Shown: positions 49,633 to 60,595, counted from the stretch's first letter. The stretch: DNA of 64,000 nucleotides from Candidatus Peregrinibacteria bacterium HGW-Peregrinibacteria-1 (GCA_002839505.1 PGYE01000001.1:371332-435331); one strand, 5' to 3'. The notes: generated from the sequence alone by a model not told the origin. A program made the numbers and translations.

Positions 49633-51126
49633 ATGGGTTACGAACAAACAATCAATCAGATTATATCGCTCATCAACAGGAGTCAGCGCATCCTAATATT
49701 ACCATCGACACCCGTTGACGGAGACTCCGTTGGCAGTGCCATTGCCTTCTATATCGTACTCAAGAAACTCAATAAAGATGTGACCGTAGTTTGCAACGAC
49801 CCCATACCCGATGTTCTCAAATTCCTGCCAAAAATTTCCAGCATTAGCCAAAACATGAACTCATCCAATGATTTCATTATTTCTATTAATGACCGAGAAA
49901 TAGAAATAGCCAATCTTCACACAACCCGAGAAGGAGATAAGTTTAATATCGTAATTACCCCAAAAAATCGCAATATTACCCCCGACGATGTCACATTTTT
50001 GCGAGGAGAATCTGAGTATGACTTGATCATCACAGTTGACTGCGCCGAATTAAAACAGCTCAAAGGCATCTATGAAAACAACACCGAACTCTTCCACAGT
50101 TTACCAGTAATCAACATCGATCATCACATCTCAAACACCAACTACGGAAAAATAAACCATGTCGATGTCATGGCCTCCTCCGCCACTGAAATAATATTTT
50201 CCATCCTTAAACGGCTATCAGAAGAACATAACACTCAGCTCATCGATGAAGATGTTGCCACGCTCCTGCTCACCGGAATCATCACCGACACCGGAAGCTT
50301 CCAAAACGCCAACACCACACCCCGCTCCTTCGCCAAAGCCGCTGAACTCGTCGCATACGGCGCTCGCCAACAAGAAATCATTCAACAAATTTACAAAACC
50401 AAGCAACTCAGCCAGCTCAAGCTCTGGGGCCGAGTTTTATCAAAGATCCAAACCGATGAAACCCACAAAATAGTTTGGTCCGTTGTAACTCAACAAGACC
50501 TCAAAGACACCGAAAGCCTAATGGAACAAACTGGCGACATCATTGATGAATTGATGACCAACGCTCCAGGCGCTGAAGTCATAGTTTTAATCAAAGAAAA
50601 GGAAAACGGCCAAATATCTGGAAGTATCAGAACGACACATGCCAGCGTCGATGCCTCCGCAATTGCCGAACATTTTGGTGGCGGGGGACACACCCAAGCT
50701 GCCGGATTTACCATGCAAAACACCACTCCCTCAGACGCCGAATACAAAATCATCAACCACATCAAAGACTACCAAAAAAATCATCTTAACATTAAAGATG
50801 GAGCCAAAGCGCCTTCCTCAAAAAAGAGCCAAAAACCTATTATTGATGTCCAAAAACTGATTGCCAAGATCAAAGAAGTCCAAAAAGTTAACCAAATAAT
50901 GCCAACTATTGATGACTCCTCCCACCTTAAAATCTATCAACCAGAAGATACTGCTGATCAGGATGACCTGGATCAAGAGGAATCCGCACAATCAATAAAA
51001 AAAGCACCAGAAAAACAACCAAAATCTTCCGCCAAAAACTCCATTAAAAGCACTCCTTCACCAAAATCCGAGCCACCAAAAACCGCGACCGATATTCACA
51101 AAAACACCTATCGCTTTGAGGAATAA
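49633..51126 (+). CDS. DHH/DHHA1 phosphoesterase (NrnA-like nanoRNase/pAp phosphatase)
   Basis: VDGDSVGS, ITVDC, NIDHH, GIITDTGSF, FGGGGHTQAAG; disordered C-terminal tail. Confidence 0.88.
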   Translation: MGYEQTINQIISLINRSQRILILPSTPVDGDSVGSAIAFYIVLKKLNKDVTVVCNDPIPDVLKFLPKISSISQNMNSSNDFIISINDREIEIANLHTTREGDKFNIVITPKNRNITPDDVTFLRGESEYDLIITVDCAELKQLKGIYENNTELFHSLPVINIDHHISNTNYGKINHVDVMASSATEIIFSILKRLSEEHNTQLIDEDVATLLLTGIITDTGSFQNANTTPRSFAKAAELVAYGARQQEIIQQIYKTKQLSQLKLWGRVLSKIQTDETHKIVWSVVTQQDLKDTESLMEQTGDIIDELMTNAPGAEVIVLIKEKENGQISGSIRTTHASVDASAIAEHFGGGGHTQAAGFTMQNTTPSDAEYKIINHIKDYQKNHLNIKDGAKAPSSKKSQKPIIDVQKLIAKIKEVQKVNQIMPTIDDSSHLKIYQPEDTADQDDLDQEESAQSIKKAPEKQPKSSAKNSIKSTPSPKSEPPKTATDIHKNTYRFEE

Positions 51127-51134
51127 AGGCGCAA

Positions 51135-52274
51135 CTATTTGACCGCTTCAGCTACTGCCTTCGCAACACCCTCATCAAATACACCGGGAATAATACATTC
51201 AGCACACGGTTCAGCCACAAAATCAGCCAAAGCCTGCGCTGCTTTTAGTTTCATCTCCACAGTAATTTTTCGTTTTCTCGCATCTAATACCCCCCTAAAT
51301 AAACCAGGGAACACCAAGACATTATTAATCTGATTTGGGAAATCACTACGACCAGTTGCCACAATCGCCGCCCCGCCCGCTATTGCCTCATCCGGCATAA
51401 TCTCCGGCACTGGATTAGCCATCGCAAATACAATAGCATCACGATTCATTGTTCTCACCATTTCGGTAGTCAAAACACCAGGTCGCGAAACGCCCACAAA
51501 CACATCAGCTCCTTTAACCGCCTCATCCAGCCCCCCTTTCTTCATTTCTAAATTAGTAGTCTCAGCCAACAAATCCTTAGTTTCATTCATCTCACCTCTT
51601 CCCTTATAGATCAGCCCGACACTATCCACTATCGAAATATGCTTGATACCATATGCCTGAAAAAGCTTTACGATCGCCACCCCCGCCGCTCCGGAACCAT
51701 TAACCACCACCTCAATCTCCTCCGCCTTTTTCCCAACTACCTTCATCGCATTTATCAACCCCGCCAAACAAACAATCGCAGTACCATGTTGATCATCATG
51801 AAAAACCGGAATATCAAGCTCTTCGATCAATCTTTCCTCAACCTCAAAACATCTTGGCGCACTGATATCCTCAAGGTTAATTCCTCCAAAAGACGGCGCA
51901 ATGCCCTTAATTATTTGAACTATCTCATCGACATCCTGCGTTGCCAAAGCAATTGGAAAGGCGTCCACTCCTCCAAACTCTTTAAATAGCACACACTTCC
52001 CCTCCATAACTGGCATTCCCGCCTCAGCCCCGATATTCCCCAACCCCAAAACCGCCGAACCATCTGTAATAACCGCAACCAAATTACCTTTAGCCGTATA
52101 TTTATAAACATCATCTTTATTTTCAGCTATCTTCAAGCAAGGCTCTGCGACACCGGGAGTATAAAATACACTCAAATCATCACGGTTCTTCACACTCACC
52201 TTACTCTCGACACTGATTTTCCCTTTATATTTTTCGTGCAACTCCAAAGCCCGCTTCTTGACATCACTGGTCAT
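51135..52274 (-). CDS. NAD(P)-dependent malic enzyme (small type)
   Basis: YTPGVAEPC, TDGSAVLGLGNIG, PVMEGK, INLEDISAPRCF, FHDDQHGTA, TGRSDFPNQINN. Confidence 0.95.
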   Translation of the reverse strand: MTSDVKKRALELHEKYKGKISVESKVSVKNRDDLSVFYTPGVAEPCLKIAENKDDVYKYTAKGNLVAVITDGSAVLGLGNIGAEAGMPVMEGKCVLFKEFGGVDAFPIALATQDVDEIVQIIKGIAPSFGGINLEDISAPRCFEVEERLIEELDIPVFHDDQHGTAIVCLAGLINAMKVVGKKAEEIEVVVNGSGAAGVAIVKLFQAYGIKHISIVDSVGLIYKGRGEMNETKDLLAETTNLEMKKGGLDEAVKGADVFVGVSRPGVLTTEMVRTMNRDAIVFAMANPVPEIMPDEAIAGGAAIVATGRSDFPNQINNVLVFPGLFRGVLDARKRKITVEMKLKAAQALADFVAEPCAECIIPGVFDEGVAKAVAEAVK

Positions 52275-52304
52275 GCTAGAATTTATTAATTTTTAAATCG
52301 ATTC

Positions 52305-52553
52305 TCACCCATCAATAAGCACTTCCGGCGGTGCATAAGTTGGCGTCATCAAAAATGGTGGATGCGTAGGCACCGCCCCTCCCGGTGACATCAACTCAAT
52401 CCCCTCAAGGCTGGTTGGATAGGTATAATTATCAACACTCGTCTCACTACCAAATATAATTCCTGAAAGCACCTGCACAATGATAAAACCCAACGCCAAT
52501 AAAATGGCTATCACTATTCCGAAGTACTCACCTAGATTTTTGTTTTTGGACAT
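52305..52553 (-). CDS. Small single-TM hypothetical protein
   Basis: 82 aa; TM FGIVIAILLALGFIIVQVL; Pro-rich tail; co-oriented with its neighbours. Confidence 0.55.
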   Translation of the reverse strand: MSKNKNLGEYFGIVIAILLALGFIIVQVLSGIIFGSETSVDNYTYPTSLEGIELMSPGGAVPTHPPFLMTPTYAPPEVLIDG

Positions 52554-52573
52554 ATTTTATCGCGTTTAAAATA

Positions 52574-53923
52574 TTAAAACTGACTACTGCTTCCTGTGCG
52601 TTTATCAAGTATCACATCAGCGGCACGCTCATATTTGAAAGTATAACCCACCTCAGCACTATAATAATAATCCACCGGGCCCGTACCTACTCCAATAACA
52701 TCCGTCTCAATAATGACTTTGTCATCTAGTAAATTCAAACTTTCCATTCCCTTACCTTCTACCAAAATATTAGCAAAAACCTTACTCAAAATATCCGTCG
52801 TTGAATCACTTTGTTCTGCATCTTCCACACCACAATTAACGCTACTTTCATCACACTCAACCGCCCCCACAACCAAGCTCCTCAGCATCGCTTCAATATT
52901 TTTCTTGATCTCACCACCAAGTACTCCCTTTCCAAATTCCGTATAAACCACCAAGAAACTACCGTCAGGCATTGCTATATACCAATCCACACGCCTCTCT
53001 GTCGGGAAAACCAATTCCAAGGCATCACGACCACTAATCACAAATTCTTTTGCCGCACCACCAGAGAAGATACTTTTTATATTATTGAAATACTGATCTT
53101 TAGATTTCTCCGAACTATTCTTATCAATTGTAAACCAAATCCGCCCTGAATTATCATATATAAGACCAGGAGAAAACTGGTTATTCAGCCCATCAGCTCG
53201 CCAAAAAATAACATCCTCTTCACCACTGTTAACGCGCCAAACACTATTATCAAGATTTAATTTAATACCCAACTCCGGTTTAACAAATGACTCCCAAGTC
53301 TTTTCAACCCTAAAAGCATTACCACTCTGCTTCACCTCCATCATGCGATACACAACTTCCGCGATCTCTCCTCGCGACATAAGCTTATCAGGAACAACTT
53401 TTCCCTCAAGATTACTCTGGATAATATTATTATCTCGCCCAAAAACGAAATAACCAGCAAACCAATCAGAAGAACGCACATCACGATAGACATCACTACT
53501 AACACTGTCCGGAACTTGAAATTCACCCGCAAGTAATGCCATTTTCAACGACTCCGCAAAATTAACGGTCTGCCCAGGCTTAAAGCTACCATCATTATAA
53601 CCACTGACCACAGACCTTGAAGCTGCCTTCATCACAAAATCATAAAACCAGTCCGTTGACCTAACATCTGGAAACGCCCTTACCTCGCTTCCACTTGGAC
53701 TCAGAGCAAAAGCCAAAGCCACCATTTTAATCGCCTCAGCTCTATTAACCAAAACATCAGGCTTAAAAGTACCATCAGCATAACCATTGACTACACCCTT
53801 TTCGGTCAAATATTCAACCGCCTCATAATACTTAGAGTCGGTGCTCACATCCTTGTAAGATTCAGCAAAACCAACAGAGGCACCAATCAAAAACAGAGAT
53901 AAGAATAAGATTAAATTTTTCAT
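52574..53923 (-). CDS. S-layer homology (SLH) domain secreted protein
   Basis: Signal peptide; three SLH repeats (GVVNGYADGTFKPDVLVNRAEA, SGYNDGSFKPGQTVNFAE, PDKLMSRGE). Confidence 0.9.
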   Translation of the reverse strand: MKNLILFLSLFLIGASVGFAESYKDVSTDSKYYEAVEYLTEKGVVNGYADGTFKPDVLVNRAEAIKMVALAFALSPSGSEVRAFPDVRSTDWFYDFVMKAASRSVVSGYNDGSFKPGQTVNFAESLKMALLAGEFQVPDSVSSDVYRDVRSSDWFAGYFVFGRDNNIIQSNLEGKVVPDKLMSRGEIAEVVYRMMEVKQSGNAFRVEKTWESFVKPELGIKLNLDNSVWRVNSGEEDVIFWRADGLNNQFSPGLIYDNSGRIWFTIDKNSSEKSKDQYFNNIKSIFSGGAAKEFVISGRDALELVFPTERRVDWYIAMPDGSFLVVYTEFGKGVLGGEIKKNIEAMLRSLVVGAVECDESSVNCGVEDAEQSDSTTDILSKVFANILVEGKGMESLNLLDDKVIIETDVIGVGTGPVDYYYSAEVGYTFKYERAADVILDKRTGSSSQF

Positions 53924-54018
53924 AGGAGTTTAAGGTAAGAATGATACTTAGAATATAGCACTACCAGACAATCGCACCAAACAAAACTATCGAATCGGAA
54001 CTTCGCGTAACCTCGGTT

Positions 54019-55371
54019 TTATTCCATCGTCAACTCACCGGGAGTATATCGATCTAGATTATCCTCTCCTATCAATTCCACCATTCGTTCAACCACATCC
54101 ACCAAAGGCACTCGCACCTGCGTCCCCTTGGTCATATCTCTGATTATTGCCATCTCATCTTTCACCTCGGTAATACCCATCAAAATCGTGTAAGGAACCT
54201 TGAATTTATTCGCGATACCAAGCTGCTCATTGATTGAACCCTTTCCAACAGCACCCATCGCCTTCACTCCCACTTTGTGCAACTGACCAATCAGACCGAT
54301 ACATTTCTTCTTAGCTTCCTTCCCCAACTGTGCCACAAAAACATGCAAATCATCTTTCATCGGCACTCGAATCTTAGCGCGCTTCATATTCACCAAAATT
54401 CTATCCAAACCACCGGCATAACCGACCGCTGGACGGGGTTGTCCACCTAGTAATTCAACAAGACCATCATAACGACCACCGCCTCCTACCGCGTTTTGAG
54501 CACCTTTATTCTTATCCCAAAACTCGAAAACTGTTTTATTATAATAATCCAAACCACGCACCAAACTTGGGTTCTCTTCATACTCAATTCCAAGCTCATC
54601 TAAATAACTCAATAATTCCTCATGGTAGGCCAAAGAATCCTTATCCAAATAATCTTTCATCACCGGTGCCATCTTTGCCAAAATCTGTAAATCCTCATCT
54701 TTATCGGATTTATCTAAAAGGCGCAAAGGGTTTTTATGAATCAAATCACGGAATTCCGCAGGAACCGCCCGTTCCTTCCCGACATAAAAATCTTCCAAAA
54801 CTTCAACATATTTACGACGAGCTTCCGGCGAACCTATTGTGTTCACCTGTAACCTAAACATGTCACCCAGACCAAGGTCTTCGTGAATCTTCGTCACCAA
54901 AAAAATCAACTGTGCATCCAATGCCGGATCACTTTCTCCGATAATCTCAAAACCAAACTGCCAAAACTGCCTATAACGCCCCTGTTGCGGTCTATCATAG
55001 CGGAAATTTGGCTCAATATAATAAAGCATCACCGGCTGTGCCAGCTGATTCATCCCATTTTCAATATAAGAACGCACCACACCAGCGGTACCCTCAGGTT
55101 TCAGCGCCAACTTACGGCCTTTTTTATCTTCAAACAAATACATCTCTTTCGAAACCACATCAGAATCATTCCCTAAACTTCTACTAAATAGCTCAGCATA
55201 CTCAAACATCGGCGTCGTAATACGGCGAAATCCGGCCTGCCTGGCACGATGTCTCACTACTTTTTTGATATATGTATGGTAGGAATGATCATCCGGTAAC
55301 ACATCATGCACCCCTTTAGGTGTCTGAAACGCCTCATATCTCTTTTTTTCATCATCACTTTTCGCTGACAT
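54019..55371 (-). CDS. hisS: Histidine--tRNA ligase
   Basis: PKGVHD, KEMY, LKPEGTAGVVR, FRYDRPQQGRYRQF, LVRGLDYY, GGGRYDGL. Confidence 0.97.
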   Translation of the reverse strand: MSAKSDDEKKRYEAFQTPKGVHDVLPDDHSYHTYIKKVVRHRARQAGFRRITTPMFEYAELFSRSLGNDSDVVSKEMYLFEDKKGRKLALKPEGTAGVVRSYIENGMNQLAQPVMLYYIEPNFRYDRPQQGRYRQFWQFGFEIIGESDPALDAQLIFLVTKIHEDLGLGDMFRLQVNTIGSPEARRKYVEVLEDFYVGKERAVPAEFRDLIHKNPLRLLDKSDKDEDLQILAKMAPVMKDYLDKDSLAYHEELLSYLDELGIEYEENPSLVRGLDYYNKTVFEFWDKNKGAQNAVGGGGRYDGLVELLGGQPRPAVGYAGGLDRILVNMKRAKIRVPMKDDLHVFVAQLGKEAKKKCIGLIGQLHKVGVKAMGAVGKGSINEQLGIANKFKVPYTILMGITEVKDEMAIIRDMTKGTQVRVPLVDVVERMVELIGEDNLDRYTPGELTME

Positions 55372-55462
55372 ACATTTAAAATTATTAATAAACAAGCTAC
55401 AAAGATACTACCAGATCACCATGCTATTTCAAGCACAACCATCTTCGGAACCAAAATAGACC

Positions 55463-56479
55463 TTACAACTCCATTGAACTATCAGCCACGACATTCTGCA
55501 CCTCCAAATTGCTTTTAACAAAAAAAGCCGCCCCTGCAATCATCGCCGCATTATCAGTACAAAACTCCAGCGATTTTGGATAACGAAACACAACCGCCTC
55601 AGGCTTCTTCGCCAAAATCGCCTCCCTCAGCGCCAGATTTGCACTCACACCACCTGCCAAATGAATCTCCTTTACATCAGAATGCCTCTCCAGTGCCCAC
55701 ATCAACTTTTCACTCAACACCTCAACCACAACTCTCTGAAAACTCGCTGCCATATCCTTTTGAAATTTTTGCCACTCCCCAGACGACTCATCAATCTCTC
55801 CAAACGCCTGCACCTCCCTCAAAACCGCACTCTTCAAACCCGAAAAACTAAAATCCAAACTACCATCCGACAAATACATATTAGGCAACTGAAAACGCTC
55901 CGAGTCACCATCCATAGCCAACTTCGAAATCACCGGCCCGCCCGGATATCCCAGCCTCAACAATCTGGCGACCTTATCAAAAGCCTCTCCCGCAGCATCA
56001 TCAAGTGTCTCACCAATCACCTCAAAATCATCATGCCCCTTCATCAAAATCAACTCATTATGCCCGCCCGAAACCGTCAAAATCAACACCGGAAACTGAA
56101 TCTCAGTATCCGTCTCAAGCCAATTTGCATAGATATGACCGACAATATGTTGCACCGGTATCAAAGGTTTATTAAGCACATGAGAAATAGTACTTGCCGT
56201 CACCGTCCCCACCACCAAAGAACTAATCAAACCAGGACCTTGAGTCACCGCCAGAGCATCAATATCATTCCAAGCGACTCCAGCCCCTGAAAGCGCCTCC
56301 TGAAGTGCCGGAATAATATTCATTACATGTTCCCTCGCCGCCACCTCCGGCACCACCCCACCAGTCAGCGCATGTATATCAATCTGCGAAGCAATCACAT
56401 TACACAGCACCCTCTTACCGTCCTCCACCACCGCCACCGCAGTCTCATCACAAGATGTCTCAATCCCCAGAATTTTCAT
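55463..56479 (-). CDS. tsaD: tRNA N6-threonylcarbamoyltransferase TsaD
   Basis: ILGIETSCDETA, GGVVPEVAAREH, HIVGH, VSGGH, DDAAGEAFDKVAR, TDNAAMIA. Confidence 0.97.
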   Translation of the reverse strand: MKILGIETSCDETAVAVVEDGKRVLCNVIASQIDIHALTGGVVPEVAAREHVMNIIPALQEALSGAGVAWNDIDALAVTQGPGLISSLVVGTVTASTISHVLNKPLIPVQHIVGHIYANWLETDTEIQFPVLILTVSGGHNELILMKGHDDFEVIGETLDDAAGEAFDKVARLLRLGYPGGPVISKLAMDGDSERFQLPNMYLSDGSLDFSFSGLKSAVLREVQAFGEIDESSGEWQKFQKDMAASFQRVVVEVLSEKLMWALERHSDVKEIHLAGGVSANLALREAILAKKPEAVVFRYPKSLEFCTDNAAMIAGAAFFVKSNLEVQNVVADSSMEL

Positions 56480-56608
56480 TGGTCTGAATTTTATATTTCA
56501 AATATTAGTGTAACAGTACCTATGAACATTTTCTACACCTACCATCCCCTCCGCATCAACTTTTTATCAGTGTGGATTTGTGATATACTTAACCAGTTTA
56601 AAATTCCT

Positions 56609-57976
56609 ATGAAATCCACCTCCCTCGAAATCATCGCCCAGCTCAAAGAACACGGACACCAGGCCTATTGGGCCGGTGGTTGTGTCAGAGATATGCTTTT
56701 GGGAATTGAACCGAAAGATTTTGACATTGTCACATCAGCACTACCAAATCAAATCGAAGATATCCTCGAACACACCATTCCAATCGGCAAAGAATTTGGC
56801 GTCATACTTTCAATAAAAGACGGCAACAGCTTTGAAGTCGCCACCTTCCGCTCAGACAGTGGATATTCCGACGGCCGAAGACCCGATGCCGTACTCTTCA
56901 CCGATGCCAAAGAAGATGCCCAGCGCCGCGACTTTACCATCAACGGACTTTTCTACGATCCCACAAATGACCAAGTCCTGGACTTTGTCGATGGAAAAAA
57001 AGATCTTCGAGACCGCCTCGTTCGATTCATCGGAGACCCCGAAACCCGCATCAAAGAAGATCACCTCCGCATATTACGAGCCGTCCGTTTCAAAAACAAT
57101 TACGATTTTCAATACCACCCCGACACCTATCTCGCAGTCAAAAACAATGCCGAACTAATCAAAAAGATCTCCACAGAACGCATCCGTGACGAACTCAACA
57201 AAATGATCACCGGAAACAATCCTGCACAAGCCTTCGAAGAGCTCTATGAACTAGGAATACTCGAACACATAATCCCCGAACTCACCCAACTAAAAGGACT
57301 CGCCCAACCGCTCCAATACCACAAAGAAGGCGATGTCTGGGATCACTCCCTACGAACCCTCACCGCACTCAACGATGAAGAAGCCAGTGGCGACCCACTC
57401 TCGCCCTACGCCCCTTCCCTCGCTCTTACCTGGGCAACACTACTCCATGATATTGGAAAACATGAGACCTTTCAGCAAGACGGAGAACGCATTCGCTACG
57501 ACGGACACGCCGAAAAAGGCGCTGACACCGCCAAGAAAATTCTCAAACGACTCAATTTACCTACCCACATCATCGATCGCGTCCACTGGCTCATATCTCA
57601 TCACATGATGATCGTACCACTACTCGAAATGCCCGATGGCCGCCGCCGCCACTGGTTCTTACAGCCCGGATTCGAAGAACTACTAGAGCTTTGTCGCAGT
57701 GATTCCATGGGTACCCTCCCAAAAGATTTAACACTCTATCACAAGCTTCTAAAACGCTATCGCAGCGAAATCGCCAAACTCAAACTCCTCCCAAAACAGC
57801 TCCTCACCGGGGATGACATCATGGCTACTTTGAATATTAAACCCGGACCAATAGTGGGGGACATCATGAATAAAATTCGAGAACTCCAATTAGATGAGCA
57901 ACTCACCACAAAAGAAGAAGCCTTAAACTGGCTCACCGAAAATCAAGAGAACCTTTTAAGGCTAAAAGAGAAATAG
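56609..57976 (+). CDS. cca: CCA tRNA nucleotidyltransferase with HD domain
   Basis: AGGCVRD, DFDIVT, RRDFTING, EDHLRILRAVRF, ERIRDEL, LLHDIGK; the ORF-track N-terminal extension overlaps tsaD and is spurious. Confidence 0.92.
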   Translation: MKSTSLEIIAQLKEHGHQAYWAGGCVRDMLLGIEPKDFDIVTSALPNQIEDILEHTIPIGKEFGVILSIKDGNSFEVATFRSDSGYSDGRRPDAVLFTDAKEDAQRRDFTINGLFYDPTNDQVLDFVDGKKDLRDRLVRFIGDPETRIKEDHLRILRAVRFKNNYDFQYHPDTYLAVKNNAELIKKISTERIRDELNKMITGNNPAQAFEELYELGILEHIIPELTQLKGLAQPLQYHKEGDVWDHSLRTLTALNDEEASGDPLSPYAPSLALTWATLLHDIGKHETFQQDGERIRYDGHAEKGADTAKKILKRLNLPTHIIDRVHWLISHHMMIVPLLEMPDGRRRHWFLQPGFEELLELCRSDSMGTLPKDLTLYHKLLKRYRSEIAKLKLLPKQLLTGDDIMATLNIKPGPIVGDIMNKIRELQLDEQLTTKEEALNWLTENQENLLRLKEK

Positions 57977-57990
57977 AGGCATAACAACAA

Positions 57991-59112
57991 CTATTTCTTT
58001 TTACGACTGGATTTTCCTATTGGCATCTGAAGCATTCCTCCAATACCGAAAAGCATCACCATAAATACCACCACCCAGCCTATCCCGGGAATAATTGAAA
58101 TCAGGCTAAGTCCCAACAAACACAGCACAGTCATCCCCAGCAGTGGCCATCTTGTCACTTCTTTTTTCGAGCGCCCGATGATAGCTAAAGCGATCCACAT
58201 TGCTCCCAAAGTACTTCCTAGCAAAAATAGCAGCCCCAAACTAAACAGCATCGCGAATCCCAGCTTCACACCGACAAAAGTCCCAAACATTAAAATCGGA
58301 ATAAACATCAAGCCCAATACCGCAAACAATCCCGCACCAAATGTCAGCAGTGGTCTTTTTAAGGCGTCATTGCCTCGCCCTATCAAAAACTTCGGCATTA
58401 TCAAGAGTAGCACCAACGCTAAAACCGCATTATTGACAAAACTGAAAGCCTTCCATGCCATCTTAATAACAAACCATTCCGCTCCTCTTAACTCATCAGT
58501 CTTTGTAAATACAATATCTCCCAAAACAAAATTCTTCTGTATTTGAGCATCCTCCTTCGCGCTGTAACGCAAATTCCCTCCCACAGTCGATGACGGACCC
58601 ATCCAGAAAGAATGAACTTTGGCTTCTACTTCACCACTAACTAGACCATGCAACTTCAAACTGCGTCCTTCAAAATAAAAATGACTATTGATATATCCAT
58701 GGAGTACAAAATCTTCGGCAATACCATAAACGCTGCCACCAATTATCGCACCATCAGCAATAAGCACCTTACTGGCAGTAACCAACAGATCCTCCTCAAC
58801 ATTACCATTTATCGTTACCGTATTTCCTAAAATCCTCACATCACCCCCTACATCGCCATCAATAATAATTTCATTCCCAACAACAAACAAATCTTCCGCT
58901 ACATTTTCTTTAATTACGATGTTGTTTCCCAATAAAAACAAATCTCCCTCCACCGGCTCCAAAACTCTCGGATTCTCCTCAATTAAATACACATCACCAT
59001 TACTCATGAACTTACCTATCTCTTTATCTTCAAAATCGCTTGCCACAGCACCTAATGCGCCAACAATACTAACCTGTAAAGCAACCAGTCCTAAAACCAA
59101 TAATCTTCTCAT
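57991..59112 (-). CDS. Bactofilin-like beta-helix domain plus multi-TM membrane protein
   Basis: Signal peptide; repeats VEGDLFLLGNNIVIK / VGGDVRILGNTVTINGNVEEDL; several C-terminal TM helices. Confidence 0.8.
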   Translation of the reverse strand: MRRLLVLGLVALQVSIVGALGAVASDFEDKEIGKFMSNGDVYLIEENPRVLEPVEGDLFLLGNNIVIKENVAEDLFVVGNEIIIDGDVGGDVRILGNTVTINGNVEEDLLVTASKVLIADGAIIGGSVYGIAEDFVLHGYINSHFYFEGRSLKLHGLVSGEVEAKVHSFWMGPSSTVGGNLRYSAKEDAQIQKNFVLGDIVFTKTDELRGAEWFVIKMAWKAFSFVNNAVLALVLLLIMPKFLIGRGNDALKRPLLTFGAGLFAVLGLMFIPILMFGTFVGVKLGFAMLFSLGLLFLLGSTLGAMWIALAIIGRSKKEVTRWPLLGMTVLCLLGLSLISIIPGIGWVVVFMVMLFGIGGMLQMPIGKSSRKKK

Positions 59113-59171
59113 AGAAATTTTAGATTAAAATAAAGCTCACCTCACTTAAAATAGCAAAAGCCTTAAAATTA

Positions 59172-60572
59172 TCAAGCGCCAACCTTTTCTATTAACACAA
59201 CATTCTCCACATGATAAGTCTGCGGAAACATATCCACCGGCTGCACATAATTCACCTTATACCCATATTTCAAAAATTCTCGACAATCCCGCGCCAAAGT
59301 TGCCGGATTACACGAAACATAAACCACCCTCGCAGGACTAAAATCATTAATAATCTCTACCAGTTCAGGAGCTAATCCTGCCCGCGGCGGATCAACAATT
59401 ATCACTTCCGGATGGCCACTTACCTCCGCCGCCACCCTCTTCGCATCGCCCACCACAAATTCAATGTTCTCAATCCCATTTTTCAGCGCATTCTCCCTCG
59501 CAGACTTCACCGACTCCTCATTCAACTCCACCCCCACCACCTTATCCACAAACTTCGCCATAAAAAGCCCAATAGTACCCGTCCCACAAAACAAATCCAT
59601 CACAAAATCCGACTTTTTAACCCTCGCCGCCTTCAAGGTTTCACCATAAAGAACCTCCGCCTGCATGGTATTAACTTGGAAAAAGGCCTGCGGCAAAATA
59701 TCAAAACTCAGCTTATGCGCCTCTCCACTTTCATCGGTCACCACCATATTCTCCGTCAAAAAAGGTTTTCCAAAAAGTAAGTTTTCAATTCGCCGTTTTC
59801 GTTCACCGCGCTTACTGATAACCTCCGTCCAATAAAGCGATGTTATGTCACCCCCAAAACCCTTCATAATTTCAATAAATTCCTCCAAACCCTCATCAAA
59901 ATTCTCTGGCAAAAACTGACTAGTCACCAAATTCACCAAACGCTCTCCGGTCCTCTCACCCTCACGAATATACAACGCCTTCAAAAACCCGGTCCCATCC
60001 GAATACTTGAATGGTTCCCACCCCAGCTTCTTCATCACCTCACGAGTTGCTCGCAAAATGTCAACCGCCACCTCCGACTCCAAAAAACACTCCTCCACAT
60101 CCAAAATATCAAACCGCCTCCCAGGCACATGCAATCCCAAAGTAAAATTCATCGCCTCATCATAACCAAAAGAAAATTCCATCTTATTGCGATAATAATA
60201 TTCCTTTTCATTCGCAATGATCGGCAAAATATTAGTCCCTTCAAACCCTCCAATTCGCTCAAAACAATCTCTAACAAATCCCTCCTTCAACTTCAACTGG
60301 TCATCATAACTCATGTATTGCAGCTGACACCCTCCACACTTCTCAAAGTGCTTACAGGCCGGCTCAACACGCTTTTCCGAAGGCCGCACCACCTCAACCA
60401 CCCTCGCCTCATAAAACTTCTTCTTAAACCCACTAAACTCCACCAAAACTACATCTCCCACCATCCCCTCATCCAAAAACACCACCACATCGCCATATTT
60501 GGCCATTCGCTTCCCCCCAAAAATTATTTTCTCCACCGTCAACTCCGCCTGATCACCTTTCTTCAACTGCAT
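59172..60572 (-). CDS. rlmD: 23S rRNA m5U1939 methyltransferase RlmD (TrmA family)
   Basis: TRAM domain, CKHFEKCGGCQLQ, YRNKMEF, FFQVN, DLFCGTG, VDPPRAG, YVSCNPATLARD, DMFPQTYHVE. Confidence 0.93.
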   Translation of the reverse strand: MQLKKGDQAELTVEKIIFGGKRMAKYGDVVVFLDEGMVGDVVLVEFSGFKKKFYEARVVEVVRPSEKRVEPACKHFEKCGGCQLQYMSYDDQLKLKEGFVRDCFERIGGFEGTNILPIIANEKEYYYRNKMEFSFGYDEAMNFTLGLHVPGRRFDILDVEECFLESEVAVDILRATREVMKKLGWEPFKYSDGTGFLKALYIREGERTGERLVNLVTSQFLPENFDEGLEEFIEIMKGFGGDITSLYWTEVISKRGERKRRIENLLFGKPFLTENMVVTDESGEAHKLSFDILPQAFFQVNTMQAEVLYGETLKAARVKKSDFVMDLFCGTGTIGLFMAKFVDKVVGVELNEESVKSARENALKNGIENIEFVVGDAKRVAAEVSGHPEVIIVDPPRAGLAPELVEIINDFSPARVVYVSCNPATLARDCREFLKYGYKVNYVQPVDMFPQTYHVENVVLIEKVGA

Positions 60573-60595
60573 GATAAAATTCCTTTAATTAAAAT

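Noticed and set aside
49233-49651. ORFs 49233-49451 (+) and 49448-49651 (-)
   Set aside because: No recognisable protein features; they overlie the inverted and direct repeats and the DHH promoter, so they are probably incidental
56327-56608. 94-aa N-terminal extension of the CCA enzyme
   Set aside because: It overlaps tsaD on the opposite strand and the divergent promoter region; homology-like sequence begins at ATG 56609
11686-59174. Genetic code 25 (TGA=Gly), as in Gracilibacteria/Absconditabacteria
   Set aside because: A Gly-rich 4,500-codon ORF has no in-frame TGA, all housekeeping genes are intact in code 11, and TGA ends thrS (11686) and rlmD (59172) at their expected C-termini
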